A DNA stretch of 64,000 nt from a virus (taxonomy: Duplodnaviria > Heunggongvirae > Uroviricota > Caudoviricetes): IMG/VR virus record IMGVR_UViG_3300006899_000574; one strand, written 5' to 3'. The notes under the pieces are model-generated. The model did not search any database, had not been told where the DNA came from, and saw nothing but the letters and a program-made list of their open reading frames with translations. Position numbers and translations under genes: made by a program. Positions within the stretch are counted from its first letter, which is position 1; every line of letters starts with the position of its first letter. Below, piece by piece: positions 9,402 to 18,419 of this stretch.

Positions 9402-10214
9402 TTACTTAATACCGATGAACGGCAGAGGCGCTTGTTCTCCGAGATAAATAGGCATGACACCGTTCCATTTCTTGATGGCTTCCGCCTGATTCATGACGCG
9501 CAGATACTCCAGAGTCTGGCCTCCGGAGCTTTGAGTGCGAAGCCTGTTGGCTTCTGACTCTCCTCGTGCGCGTGCAATGTTGGCTTCTGCTTCTGCCTTG
9601 GCGGCCTCGGCATTTTGTTGCGCCTTCATCTTGTTGTTGAGCGCTTCTTGAACTTCTTCGGGCGCCTGAATGCGGCCGAGGATCGTGACGTTCTCGACGT
9701 CAAACCCCTCAGCAGAGACGGCTTCTTTCACCATACGGTTCACGCGTGCGATGAATTCAGTCTTCTTGGGACCATTGATTTCATCGTATGCCATCGTGGA
9801 GGCCGCTTGATTGAACTTGTCCTGTACGATGTTTCGTAGATAGACATTGGTGATGAAGTCCATGCCGTTGCGGTGACGCTGGAAAATAGCAGATACAGAT
9901 TCCTTTCTGATTGAATACGATACGCCCACATCAACCTTCAGGCTCAAGCCGTTGAAGTCGTTGAAACGAATGGCCTCGTCTCCTGGGTTGCCGTCACTAC
10001 TGTCTGCTGACCATCGCACGGTTTGCACGAAGATCGGAAACGTGTAGAGTTCTGTATTCCAGCTCGGCCAGTAGCGCCCCACACCAAGAACCTCCTGGTC
10101 CACTCCTTTATCACCTCCCAGCTTGTTGACTCTGATGCCAACGTACCCGGGCTCCACGTAATTGCAAGCCGACAGCATGACTGCTGTCATCAGCAATAGA
10201 ATTGATTTTCTCAT
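9402..10214 (-). CDS. SPFH / band-7 family lipoprotein (HflC/prohibitin-like)
   Basis: Lipoprotein signal MRKSILLLMTAVMLSAC; SPFH core followed by an Ala/Glu-rich coiled coil (KMKAQQNAEAAKAEAEANIARARGESEANR). Confidence 0.7.
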   Translation of the reverse strand: MRKSILLLMTAVMLSACNYVEPGYVGIRVNKLGGDKGVDQEVLGVGRYWPSWNTELYTFPIFVQTVRWSADSSDGNPGDEAIRFNDFNGLSLKVDVGVSYSIRKESVSAIFQRHRNGMDFITNVYLRNIVQDKFNQAASTMAYDEINGPKKTEFIARVNRMVKEAVSAEGFDVENVTILGRIQAPEEVQEALNNKMKAQQNAEAAKAEAEANIARARGESEANRLRTQSSGGQTLEYLRVMNQAEAIKKWNGVMPIYLGEQAPLPFIGIK

Positions 10215-10465
10215 TTTGAATCCTCCTCTGGTTTCAGAAATTTGTTATAGATCCAGTAACCCGCCCCCACTGCCCCGAGGATCAGTAGCAGTGCTGGCCA
10301 GACGAACGACAGCACGCTTAACGCCACGGAGCCGATAACCAGTCCGCCGCCTAACTCCACGGCGTCAATCTTCTTCCGGTCGTAAAGACGGAGAAGCAGG
10401 ACAGTGCCGCCTGCAATGGTGGACACTCCGGTTATGATCGCTCCCATCAGCCACCACCAGGGCAT
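10211..10465 (-). CDS. small integral membrane protein (start taken at internal MPWWW)
   Basis: Two to three hydrophobic helices; ATGA coupling. Confidence 0.4.
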   Translation of the reverse strand: MPWWWLMGAIITGVSTIAGGTVLLLRLYDRKKIDAVELGGGLVIGSVALSVLSFVWPALLLILGAVGAGYWIYNKFLKPEEDSK

Positions 10466-10650
10466 CAGGGGCTCTCCCGAAAGAATTTCCGCACTCGGCC
10501 TGCGATCCACGCAATCGCGAGGTAAACCAGAACGATAATAATTCCGGCTCCCGCAACCACAAATTCCGTCTGCTGAGAAGATATGAGTTCGGGCAGGACC
10601 AGGCCCACCAGTATCAGGAGCCCGATTGTCAGTAACAAAATTTTATGCAT
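10465..10650 (-). CDS. small membrane protein
   Basis: 61 aa with two hydrophobic helices. Confidence 0.4.
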   Translation of the reverse strand: MHKILLLTIGLLILVGLVLPELISSQQTEFVVAGAGIIIVLVYLAIAWIAGRVRKFFRESP

Positions 10651-11206
10651 GTGACACCTCCTCTTGGGAGCCGGCGGCCAGTCTGCGGCTCGCGAGTTCC
10701 TGCATTTCTTCCGGTGTTAATTTCGTAACCGGGTGTTCTGCGGCAAACTTCTTGATGGCTTGCGCTAGGTGCCTGCCCTTGGACTTTGCACTCAGCATCT
10801 CCTGGTAATGCTCGTTTGAAACGTTGCTGTATCGATAGACGTGTCCGGAGCGGAATTCCACAAACAGTGTGTTGGCTTCGTGGGCGATGGCCCTGATGTT
10901 GCTGGACTGTACTTCTGTGAATTGAATCATTTGTCCAAACCTCTTTTTTTCTCTTTTTTTCATCCACCAGTCAAAAGCTCTTGCAGGCGGAAAAAATTGG
11001 CGACGCACTACCAGCTTGAGCAGAATAACGGGCAGTATGAGAAACCAGATCAAAGCGAGCATTACATTCTGCTCGTAGTCAATACCACCTCCGTCTCGTC
11101 GCCACCAATCGTAATTTTGGAGATCCAGATAGCAGATCACCCAGTAACCCAGAGTGTAACCTGCCGCATAGATGACGACGATGATAGCGACAACAAGCGC
11201 AGTCAT
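10643..11206 (-). CDS. membrane protein with C-terminal KTSC domain
   Basis: VQSSNIRAIAHEANTLFVEFRSGHVYRYSNVSNEHYQEMLSAKSKGRHLAQAIK fits the KTSC consensus; the N-terminus is hydrophobic. Confidence 0.6.
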   Translation of the reverse strand: MTALVVAIIVVIYAAGYTLGYWVICYLDLQNYDWWRRDGGGIDYEQNVMLALIWFLILPVILLKLVVRRQFFPPARAFDWWMKKREKKRFGQMIQFTEVQSSNIRAIAHEANTLFVEFRSGHVYRYSNVSNEHYQEMLSAKSKGRHLAQAIKKFAAEHPVTKLTPEEMQELASRRLAAGSQEEVSHA

Positions 11207-11466
11207 CACGGCTCCACCACGCACACAATGCTCGTGGCTTCGAAGATATAGAAATTCTTGCCCTCGACTGTGATCGTCGCCATCCTGGCGCCGCGTGCCC
11301 ACATCACTCTGTCTCCAACCGCGATGCCTTCCACTTCTTGCCCTACCGAGACCACGGTAGCAACCCGGGTTTCGTCGGGCTGTAACTCCACGATTCCCGA
11401 TGCCCGTGTGTGTTCGGTCTTTACTTCATCCAGTTCCAGGATGACTCTCTTACCCAGTGCTTGCAT
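11206..11466 (-). CDS. GroES-like co-chaperonin (Cpn10 / T4 gp31-like)
   Basis: 86 aa; the pattern LGKRVILELDEV...ASGIVEL...ATVVSVG...VGDRVMW mirrors the GroES beta-barrel layout. Confidence 0.5.
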   Translation of the reverse strand: MQALGKRVILELDEVKTEHTRASGIVELQPDETRVATVVSVGQEVEGIAVGDRVMWARGARMATITVEGKNFYIFEATSIVCVVEP

Positions 11467-11478
11467 TTGTGTATCCTC

Positions 11479-12933
11479 CTACTGCATGCGGAAGGCTCCC
11501 TGGATGGCGTTGATCATTGACCGCTGGCCATTTGCATACAGGAGACAACTGCTGTGAAGCCAAGAAGATGCGTGACCCTTTGTGTAGTCAAGATTTAATC
11601 TTGTTGTGGTGCCCACCACCCAGAGCGGTGACAGGATCTGTGGAGAGTGGAAGTGCCCGCAGATCGCCGGCCCAATGTTGCGCAGACTCTGCACGCCGCC
11701 ACGACTGCCGTTGGGGCCCTTGTCGCCGTGGCTTGCAAGCTGAATGCCGCAGACCTTGTAGTCCTGGTCGCGGCGCAACCACGTCGTCTTTTCGTCTTTG
11801 AAGCCCCGCTCCTTCAGGAACCACTCGATGGGATTGGAATGTCCGCTGAACATTGCTTCCAGCATGCGGTTACCGATGCGCAAGTTGTGGTCTTCCTTGA
11901 AGTGCTTGAGTGCCAGGATATGACGGTCCAGGAATTCGTTGTGGTTGGAGGCCACCATGAGGAACTCCGGTTTGGGAAACTTCCTTCTCCATAACTCCAG
12001 CGTGCTCTGCACGGCTTCGATCTCGGTCTCAATGCTTCTGAACTTCTCGGGCCTGCTGAGTCTCGCCACGACGTTGTGCTCCAGATGGTGGTTGGTAGAC
12101 AGCTGGTCAGCGAAGTCGTGAAACGCGATCCTGCGGGGCTTCACAAGCGCCGCGAGTTCTTGCCAGGCGAGGACCGCCATGGGGTCTTCACTGCCAACGT
12201 GGTAGTCGCCAATTACGAGAGCCTCCACTACAGCAGGCTTCCTCGTGTTTTCGACATAATAGGTTTCGAGATCATTGAAGCCACCGCTTTCATCCGCCTG
12301 GATCTGCCGGACGTGGAACAACACATTGTCCTCTACCTCCACGATGAGGCCGCCTACGACGTGGTCCTGCTCCGCCAGCATCCCCGCTCGTGTGCGGGCG
12401 TAGTTGTCGGCTACCGTGATGGCGCCTGTAGACAGCAGGAGATGCGGAGTGGCGAGATTGCTCACGGGCGTTGTGCGCATGTGCTGTTTGGGGTGCGCGA
12501 CGATCAGCGAGCGGTCTTTCTGACCCAGGCGGTCGAGTCCCAGGAGCGGCTGTTGTTGCTGTGGATACAGCATGAGATCCAGCGCCTTCAGGTTGGAGTT
12601 CAACACGTAGTCACTGACGAAGTGATTGGCGAATTGCTGAAGCTCCCGTGGATACATCTGGTTGGTCTTCGAAACCCCGCGCATCGGCAGGATAACGAGC
12701 TGTGCCTGTCTGTGCTTGCAGTAAGCCTGGGCTGTAGCAAAAAAGGCGTGATGCAGGGCCTGGCCGCCTACGGCCGATGCAAGGAGATAACGGCGGCGAG
12801 ATTTTCTCCGGCTGTCGTCTCGACTGACGTCAAACTCCTGACGACTGAAAGGCTGATCTTCTACTGGGATGTCTTCTGATTGAGGGGTAGGCTTCTTGTT
12901 GGAGATTGTCGATTTCGGCTTCTTCCCGCGCAT
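11479..12933 (-). CDS. calcineurin-like metallophosphoesterase (SbcD/Mre11-class fold, function unknown)
   Basis: VIGDYHVG, ASNHNEF and ICGHFHSP motifs. Confidence 0.55.
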   Translation of the reverse strand: MRGKKPKSTISNKKPTPQSEDIPVEDQPFSRQEFDVSRDDSRRKSRRRYLLASAVGGQALHHAFFATAQAYCKHRQAQLVILPMRGVSKTNQMYPRELQQFANHFVSDYVLNSNLKALDLMLYPQQQQPLLGLDRLGQKDRSLIVAHPKQHMRTTPVSNLATPHLLLSTGAITVADNYARTRAGMLAEQDHVVGGLIVEVEDNVLFHVRQIQADESGGFNDLETYYVENTRKPAVVEALVIGDYHVGSEDPMAVLAWQELAALVKPRRIAFHDFADQLSTNHHLEHNVVARLSRPEKFRSIETEIEAVQSTLELWRRKFPKPEFLMVASNHNEFLDRHILALKHFKEDHNLRIGNRMLEAMFSGHSNPIEWFLKERGFKDEKTTWLRRDQDYKVCGIQLASHGDKGPNGSRGGVQSLRNIGPAICGHFHSPQILSPLWVVGTTTRLNLDYTKGHASSWLHSSCLLYANGQRSMINAIQGAFRMQ

Positions 12934-13017
12934 GCGTCCTCCGCACTTAACGTGCGTTTACTACACACAACTAGCGGAATCTCTGATAGCCTGTCAACGC
13001 ATATCTGTTGAAATTGT

Positions 13018-13758
13018 TTAGTTTTTTTTACGATCTGGTGTGTATGTGATCATCGCGCTCACCTGGTCGTCGTGCGCATCTCCGTAGATCACGCCATCTG
13101 AGGCCACGATCAAGTTGTCGCCAGGATTCAAAGACATCGATAACGGCATCAGTGAGATGTCCTGTTTGCCAATGATAATGTGGTGCGTCGGTAGCTCCTC
13201 CACGGGGCCGCCGGTGCACCGCTGGACGAATAATCTGTCGATACCGCCGGCATACAACACCTGTCCATCTGCGCGTAACCACATCACCAGAGCCAGGGCT
13301 TCTCCGCCATTTTCTCTGCCGATATCATACAGTCCGCGATTCATGGCCTTGAGGATTTCTACCGGGTCTTTCTCCCGTAGCGCGAGGAACACCACCAGAC
13401 ATGCAAAGGCCCCGGGGAACACATTCTCGCCATGACTGATGACGTCGCCCGCCACCACGAGCAGATCGCCGCCGGGGATTTCCTTGATGCGGAAAAAGTC
13501 TCCGCCCGGTAGCTGAGTGCGCGCACTGCTCCGAATATAGCAAAAAGCCGTGTAGTTGGAATAGGAGGACAGATCCTCGGGCTGAAGAAGAGACTTATGC
13601 GCCCCCGACAGCAGGGACAGCGCACGCAGGCGCTGAGCGTCGGGCAGTAATGCGGGTGACACGGGCGTCGTGCTGGCACTTGAGTCCCCAGCCGTTTTCG
13701 AGAATAGAGATAAAACCGAATCCACCCCTCTCTTTACTGCGCTCCAGAATTTTTCCAT
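13018..13758 (-). CDS. PP2C-family Ser/Thr phosphatase (SpoIIE/RsbU-like)
   Basis: GDVISHGE (DVSGHG-type motif) ... ASDGV; fold length fits a PP2C domain. Confidence 0.6.
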   Translation of the reverse strand: MEKFWSAVKRGVDSVLSLFSKTAGDSSASTTPVSPALLPDAQRLRALSLLSGAHKSLLQPEDLSSYSNYTAFCYIRSSARTQLPGGDFFRIKEIPGGDLLVVAGDVISHGENVFPGAFACLVVFLALREKDPVEILKAMNRGLYDIGRENGGEALALVMWLRADGQVLYAGGIDRLFVQRCTGGPVEELPTHHIIIGKQDISLMPLSMSLNPGDNLIVASDGVIYGDAHDDQVSAMITYTPDRKKN

Positions 13759-14032
13759 TTTGCTTCTCGTCCACTACCTGCTGAGCCGTGTCTATCTTTT
13801 GTGCTATAGCAGGCCCCATAGTAGTGTCGATCTCAGAAATAACCTCACTGCCGTTGACCTCGATTTCCCCCTTTTCTCCTGCTTTTGCTATATTCGAGGC
13901 CAGCTCAGCGGCAACGTAACGGGTATCCAGAGCAGTGTGAGGGAAGTCCCGGATCGTGCGTTGCATGTCCTGTACATCGGAGATTCCGTCAATACGGAAT
14001 CTCGCACGGTCACCTGATTTCCAGAGTAACAT
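13595..14032 (-). CDS. probable N-terminal region of the PP2C gene, separated from it by a +1 frame change at a T5 run (13750-13754)
   Basis: Removing one T from the T5 run joins ...VVDEKQNGK to FWSAVKRG... in frame; the 3' overlapping tail of this ORF is low-complexity. Confidence 0.35.
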   Translation of the reverse strand: MLLWKSGDRARFRIDGISDVQDMQRTIRDFPHTALDTRYVAAELASNIAKAGEKGEIEVNGSEVISEIDTTMGPAIAQKIDTAQQVVDEKQNGKILERSKERGGFGFISILENGWGLKCQHDARVTRITARRSAPACAVPAVGGA

Positions 14033-14600
14033 TGGACTCTTTCCCCTCTTCTGGTTTGAAATAGCTCAAGAGCTTCTGCTGGTCTTCACTGCACACCACC
14101 GTGATGGCCGGTAGCTTACGCGCTTTGGAATCTATGATGGAGATGATAGGGCTTGTGATGTTGGCGTTGACGAGGTTGATGTGAGTTTGCGTGCTCCACT
14201 GATCTTCGAGCTTCTGGTAGCCTTCGTCGCTCACGCGGTCACTGCCCCACATATCGCCGAAGATGAAGATCGCGCCTCGTGGTACCGCAAAGCCGATGTA
14301 GTCTCCCGGGCGGTCTCCCACGGGCTTTGTCCAGGCACACTGGATGGCCTGCAAGGCGGCTTCGTGCTCGCGCTTCAGCGCCTGCAACTCGGCTTCCAGT
14401 GCAGTGAGTTTCTGTGCGTGATCTCCGGCCTTGCTGATTTCCAGCGGGCCGAGTTTAATACTGGCTGAAGTCCGCAGGATCTTCCAGACCGCTACTCCGG
14501 CAACCACTACGGCGGCCAGCATGACGATCGAAGTAACCCGGGCCCCCCATGCTGAGATCATTACGTCCCAGAAAGCTTCCGGCATGCCCACAGATTCCAT
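14010..14600 (-). CDS. membrane-anchored hypothetical protein
   Basis: N-terminal TM helix followed by a coiled-coil segment. Confidence 0.45.
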   Translation of the reverse strand: MESVGMPEAFWDVMISAWGARVTSIVMLAAVVVAGVAVWKILRTSASIKLGPLEISKAGDHAQKLTALEAELQALKREHEAALQAIQCAWTKPVGDRPGDYIGFAVPRGAIFIFGDMWGSDRVSDEGYQKLEDQWSTQTHINLVNANITSPIISIIDSKARKLPAITVVCSEDQQKLLSYFKPEEGKESNVTLEIR

Positions 14601-14620
14601 CCTGAGGTTAGTGCGGACGG

Positions 14621-16627
14621 CTATTGGATTTGCATCACTTTGAATGCCTGTCGTGCGGCATCTATCCGTTTGCGGAAATCGACGTCCGCAAAATCCGGCT
14701 TCTTGCCGCTGGCCTTATATGCCAGGCGCGTCTGTTGCTGTTCATAGCTCACCGATGGCATGTAGCCGACTTTGTGTATGCTGAAGGCGGCGTGTGCCAT
14801 GGCATCACTGACGTCCTTTGCGTGAACTCCGCATTTCGAATTCTCGAAGTCACCTCTGTAGTCGTTGACTCTCATGCCCTTGCTGTGATCAATCTTCTCC
14901 GGGCCCCTTTTGTTCTTTGCTCTCGTGCGGTAGAGGCTGTCGAGATTGTTCCTGACGAAAACATTGGGCCCCACTTTGAGTCTGCCGCTGAGCATTCTGG
15001 AGTAGAGCTGTGTATAGGGCTGGATGTCGATATCCACCGAAGACCTTACGGCATTGATGTCGTTCCTCACCAGATACTGGATGAGGTTGGCGCTTTGGTA
15101 CTGGTCAACACTGACCTGCTCGATGTGAACTCTGCCTTTGTCCCGGAGATCACGGATGAACATCTGGATGGCTTCGAGGTTGATGCCGTTGGGGCCCGGT
15201 GCCACCGCAAATGCGAAGTCGAAGATCGTCGTGGCGGTACCATCTTCCATTTGTTCCTCGTGAGCCATGGCGATGCCTGCGACGTCTCCTCGAACGCTGG
15301 TTGCCAGATCCACTCCGATGTAGCGCGGCGCTGACGGCGCGCGGATCAGCGACAGATCAACTCCGTTCCCTTTTGAAAAGAACAGGTGGCTGACGGCGTT
15401 CCAGATCAAATCCTCCGGGATGGACTTGCTGTCGGCCACAACTGAGGCTTCGACGTTGGGAAGCGTGGGGTCGAAGATCGACGCAATCAGACTGCGTTGT
15501 TGCAGGAACTTGCTCTCGCTGGTGGCGGGCTGGCCCGCGATGTCTTTGATGGACTTCAGCAAGTTGTCTTCAAAAGCCTGTTTGACATCAATTGGAGGGG
15601 ATACCACCAGACCGGGGGCGTAGTTGTGTTCCTCTCCGGGTTCCAGGATACGAGCGGGAGTCTCGCCATCCCCCACGCAGACATGGAAGACCTGGGAGTT
15701 GTCTTTGTGGTATGCGGGGAAAAACTTCTCACAGAGTTCCGGAGCATCCCACTGCTTGCGCCAGCGGAAGTATACCTCTGGCCGGTATTGCATCTTGCTG
15801 ATGATGTGCTGTTCGATCTGCGACTCCGCCAGGTTTGCCGACGTATCCAGCAGTGTGAACGCCAGGTAGTTGTTGCCAACAGTGCCTCGAATACGACTGA
15901 CGGTATCGGTGTAGATGCGGAAAATCTGCTCCTCGGTGGCCCCGGCTTTCTCGATAAAGAAGCCGATCTCTGAGATGAAGGCGCAGATGATGTTGGCGCC
16001 GATGATTGACAGCGCGTCGTCATTACCCGTCACGAGTTGCAGGCCAGATGCCAGCGTGATCTCCCCGACTCTCGCGGCCTCTGAATACACGATGATGTCG
16101 TCTCCAGCGGCTTCCTGCTCTTCTCGCACGTTGTCGCGGAAGTGTGTCTTCTGGAACCTCGGGCTCTGCTCTAGAATCTCGAACAGCGGCTGAATGTAGA
16201 GTTCATACACCTTCTCATACTTGAAGCTCATCAAGTAGATGGAAAGCGCGGAGGTTGAGATCAAATTGTAGGCCCCCGCCATGCTGGTAAGGTGGTGCAT
16301 GTAGACTATGACATACGCCATGAGCAGGACAGATCCCACGCTTTTTCCCATACGGACAGCGCCGTATAACGCCACCTGCGAATACTTTCCGCTGAGGATA
16401 TTACAGAAGTCCTCCTTGACGTGTGCAAAGAGTTTGTTGGCCACTCCCTCCGGAAGCCAGCCGTTGCGGGGGTCGAGGAACTCCTCCGGGCTGGGGGGCG
16501 GTTTGCGAAATGTGTGTCCCTGCAACTGGCGGAGCAACGCAGTGTTGCCGCCGAGGATCTCCTTCACTGCCTGCTGTTCGACGGCACTGAGCTTGTTGAA
16601 ATCAGCGGCAAGATTTTCTGGCAACAC
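14621..16627 (-). CDS. terL: terminase large subunit
   Basis: Walker A-like ATPase GAVRMGKS, C-terminal nuclease-like YIGVDLA..D; 668 aa, a gp17-like size. Confidence 0.85.
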   Translation of the reverse strand: MLPENLAADFNKLSAVEQQAVKEILGGNTALLRQLQGHTFRKPPPSPEEFLDPRNGWLPEGVANKLFAHVKEDFCNILSGKYSQVALYGAVRMGKSVGSVLLMAYVIVYMHHLTSMAGAYNLISTSALSIYLMSFKYEKVYELYIQPLFEILEQSPRFQKTHFRDNVREEQEAAGDDIIVYSEAARVGEITLASGLQLVTGNDDALSIIGANIICAFISEIGFFIEKAGATEEQIFRIYTDTVSRIRGTVGNNYLAFTLLDTSANLAESQIEQHIISKMQYRPEVYFRWRKQWDAPELCEKFFPAYHKDNSQVFHVCVGDGETPARILEPGEEHNYAPGLVVSPPIDVKQAFEDNLLKSIKDIAGQPATSESKFLQQRSLIASIFDPTLPNVEASVVADSKSIPEDLIWNAVSHLFFSKGNGVDLSLIRAPSAPRYIGVDLATSVRGDVAGIAMAHEEQMEDGTATTIFDFAFAVAPGPNGINLEAIQMFIRDLRDKGRVHIEQVSVDQYQSANLIQYLVRNDINAVRSSVDIDIQPYTQLYSRMLSGRLKVGPNVFVRNNLDSLYRTRAKNKRGPEKIDHSKGMRVNDYRGDFENSKCGVHAKDVSDAMAHAAFSIHKVGYMPSVSYEQQQTRLAYKASGKKPDFADVDFRKRIDAARQAFKVMQIQ

Positions 16628-16734
16628 CTGGTATTAGGGAATTTGTTTGACAGCTCGGTGTGCTGTCGTTGTAGTGCAAACCATGAATCAAGACGCAATC
16701 AGCTTCGGAACCTACCGGGGCTTCCACATCACGC

Positions 16735-17052
16735 ATGACAGAGACCCTCCGCGCATCCGTGGATCTGCACTACAAATCCCGGCTCACGGCCAGAGAGCAG
16801 AAAGTCTTTCGACTTACCCGCGAAGGAAAGCTCCAGGCTGGGAAGCTCACCAGCTACATCTCGCGAAAAAGCACATGGCGCGACGGACAGGACTTCACTT
16901 TTCGGGTTCTCTGGGGCACAAGTAAGGCCGCCTGTCAGGAAGGCTATCTTCAATCGTGCATCGACGAATTCTCCTGGAGATTTTCAAATCGAAAAAACGA
17001 GAATATTTTCCACGATTACATGAAGCGGACGGTGCTTGTTAAAACAGCGTAA
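16735..17052 (+). mobile_element. IS1595-family (ISXO2-like) transposase C-terminal tail remnant, copy 1
   Basis: YLQSCIDEFSWRFSNRKNENIFHDYMKRT matches the IS1595 Tnp C-terminus (Y.dEFxFRxNxR). Confidence 0.5.
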
Positions 17053-17056
17053 GAAA

Positions 17057-17611
17057 CTATCTAAATTCATCAATTCCGATGGGTATTGCTTTTGAAGAAT
17101 GGACACGAACTTGATTTATGCGACCGTAAGTATCTTCTACTTTTGGATGCACAGGCAAATCGCTTCGTCCGCCAAATCTGTTCCTATCATTCTTCCTGTA
17201 ATGCTCCCAATCTGGGCCATCGTCTGGTTGTAGATCGCTTTTTCTTGCTTTGAAAACAAGAAATACAGGATCACGCCCAGCGTGAGCTAAGTATGTTCCA
17301 AGACCATTCTTAGAACCAAGAAAAATAAACTGCCCAAGTGGATTCTTCCACACAGATTTTTCTGTTGCAACATCTCTATTCCAGCCAGAATCCAAAATTG
17401 CCTGAGCGTTCTCTCTGCTTGTCGCATGGTATAGAGCTACATAATTATCATCTGGAATGCTGGCTAATCGTTTCCAGTTTCCATTTGGATCGATTGCACC
17501 GTCAATGATGTAGTACCTACCAAAATCATCGTGTTTTTCAATTCGAGAAAAATTTGCTTCATACAGCGATCCGCCGCTCTCATAAAGCCTTTGCAATTCT
17601 ACCAGACGCAT
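17057..17611 (-). CDS. putative H-Y-E class ADP-ribosyltransferase fold protein (PARP/Tpt1-KptA/DarT-like); cargo 1
   Basis: VALYHATSRENAQAILDSGW resembles the HG(S/T)...IL..G NAD-binding motif of PARP/Tpt1/DarT; N-terminus MRLVELQRLYESGGSLYE is shared with the ORF at 18583-18957. Confidence 0.45.
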   Translation of the reverse strand: MRLVELQRLYESGGSLYEANFSRIEKHDDFGRYYIIDGAIDPNGNWKRLASIPDDNYVALYHATSRENAQAILDSGWNRDVATEKSVWKNPLGQFIFLGSKNGLGTYLAHAGRDPVFLVFKARKSDLQPDDGPDWEHYRKNDRNRFGGRSDLPVHPKVEDTYGRINQVRVHSSKAIPIGIDEFR

Positions 17612-17681
17612 ACCTGTATCTTTAGTGATCTGAGGCGATTCTAATGCGTCATAAGCCTGTGTACACTGAGGGATAATTCCG
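17612..17681 (-). promoter_or_regulatory. conserved upstream region of cargo gene 1, including a candidate sigma70-like promoter (TGTACA-16-TAGAAT) and the GGGATAATTCCG motif
   Basis: About 85% DNA identity to the region upstream of cargo gene 2. Confidence 0.3.
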
Positions 17682-17682
17682 T

Positions 17683-17707
17683 AAAAAAAAGGCGGAGGTT
17701 ATCCGCC
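17683..17707 (-). terminator. rho-independent terminator
   Basis: GGCGGA-ggtta-TCCGCC hairpin with an A8 run on the plus strand (T8 on the minus strand). Confidence 0.5.
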
Positions 17708-17733
17708 TCTTGAACAATGGACCGCTCTGCCTG

Positions 17734-18348
17734 TCAGCCGTAGATGACCTCCCCGAAAATCGAGAGTTGCAGTGCGACATCCGCCATAACGGCATCCCAG
17801 TCTCCGGCGTCGTAGAAGCTCGCGGGAGCATCGCCGCGCCACTTACCGTTCTGGATCATGAGGTGGTAGAGTTCGAGGCCCTTGGCGAAGCTCGCGTAGG
17901 TCACCGTCCAGAGCTTCAAGCCCGTCCGCTCATCGGTTTCCTCAACATGCTGGGCCACAGACGCTTTGTAGTCCATAAACTGATCTACTGTGGTCATGTC
18001 CTTTGTGGCGTCTGCGCAGGAGGAGCACAGGCACAGCGCAACGTCGGCCCAGGGCTGACCGTCGCTCCCCTTGCAATCCGAAAGCGGATGTGAGTGGTAG
18101 AGCGAGCCTCCGGGCTCATCAGCGGCGTCTTTACCGCAGGCATAACAGGTGAATTCCGCCCCCAGAGTCTCCTGATCGTGGAACTTAAATCTGCCTTCGC
18201 CTTCGTAGGAGAACTCTGTGCAGATCATGCAGAAACTGTATTCCGGGTAGTTCTCCATGACGTCTTTCGCGAGCTGGAGATAGGTCATGCCTCCCTGACG
18301 TTCTTCCGCAATGCGCTGATCAATTGTTTTTGTCGCTGTTGTTTCCAT
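17734..18348 (-). CDS. Cys-rich hypothetical protein (possible zinc-binding)
   Basis: 204 aa; CMICTE, CYACGK and CLCSSCAD clusters; bracketed by an inverted GGGATAATTCCG pair. Confidence 0.5.
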   Translation of the reverse strand: METTATKTIDQRIAEERQGGMTYLQLAKDVMENYPEYSFCMICTEFSYEGEGRFKFHDQETLGAEFTCYACGKDAADEPGGSLYHSHPLSDCKGSDGQPWADVALCLCSSCADATKDMTTVDQFMDYKASVAQHVEETDERTGLKLWTVTYASFAKGLELYHLMIQNGKWRGDAPASFYDAGDWDAVMADVALQLSIFGEVIYG

Positions 18349-18402
18349 GGAGACACCATATCCCCCGGCACAAAGTTGTCAACACAAAATGCAAAAAAAA
18401 AA

Positions 18403-18414
18403 CGGAATTATCCC
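18403..18414 (+). repeat. GGGATAATTCCG motif in inverted orientation (also at 17670-17681 and 19028-19039)
   Basis: Exact 12-mer three times within 1.4 kb. Confidence 0.6.
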
Positions 18415-18419
18415 GAAAC

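Noticed and set aside
13359-13679. Third-frame 106-aa ORF within the PP2C region
   Set aside because: Cys/Arg-rich, low-complexity and entirely nested within the phosphatase ORF. Very likely spurious.
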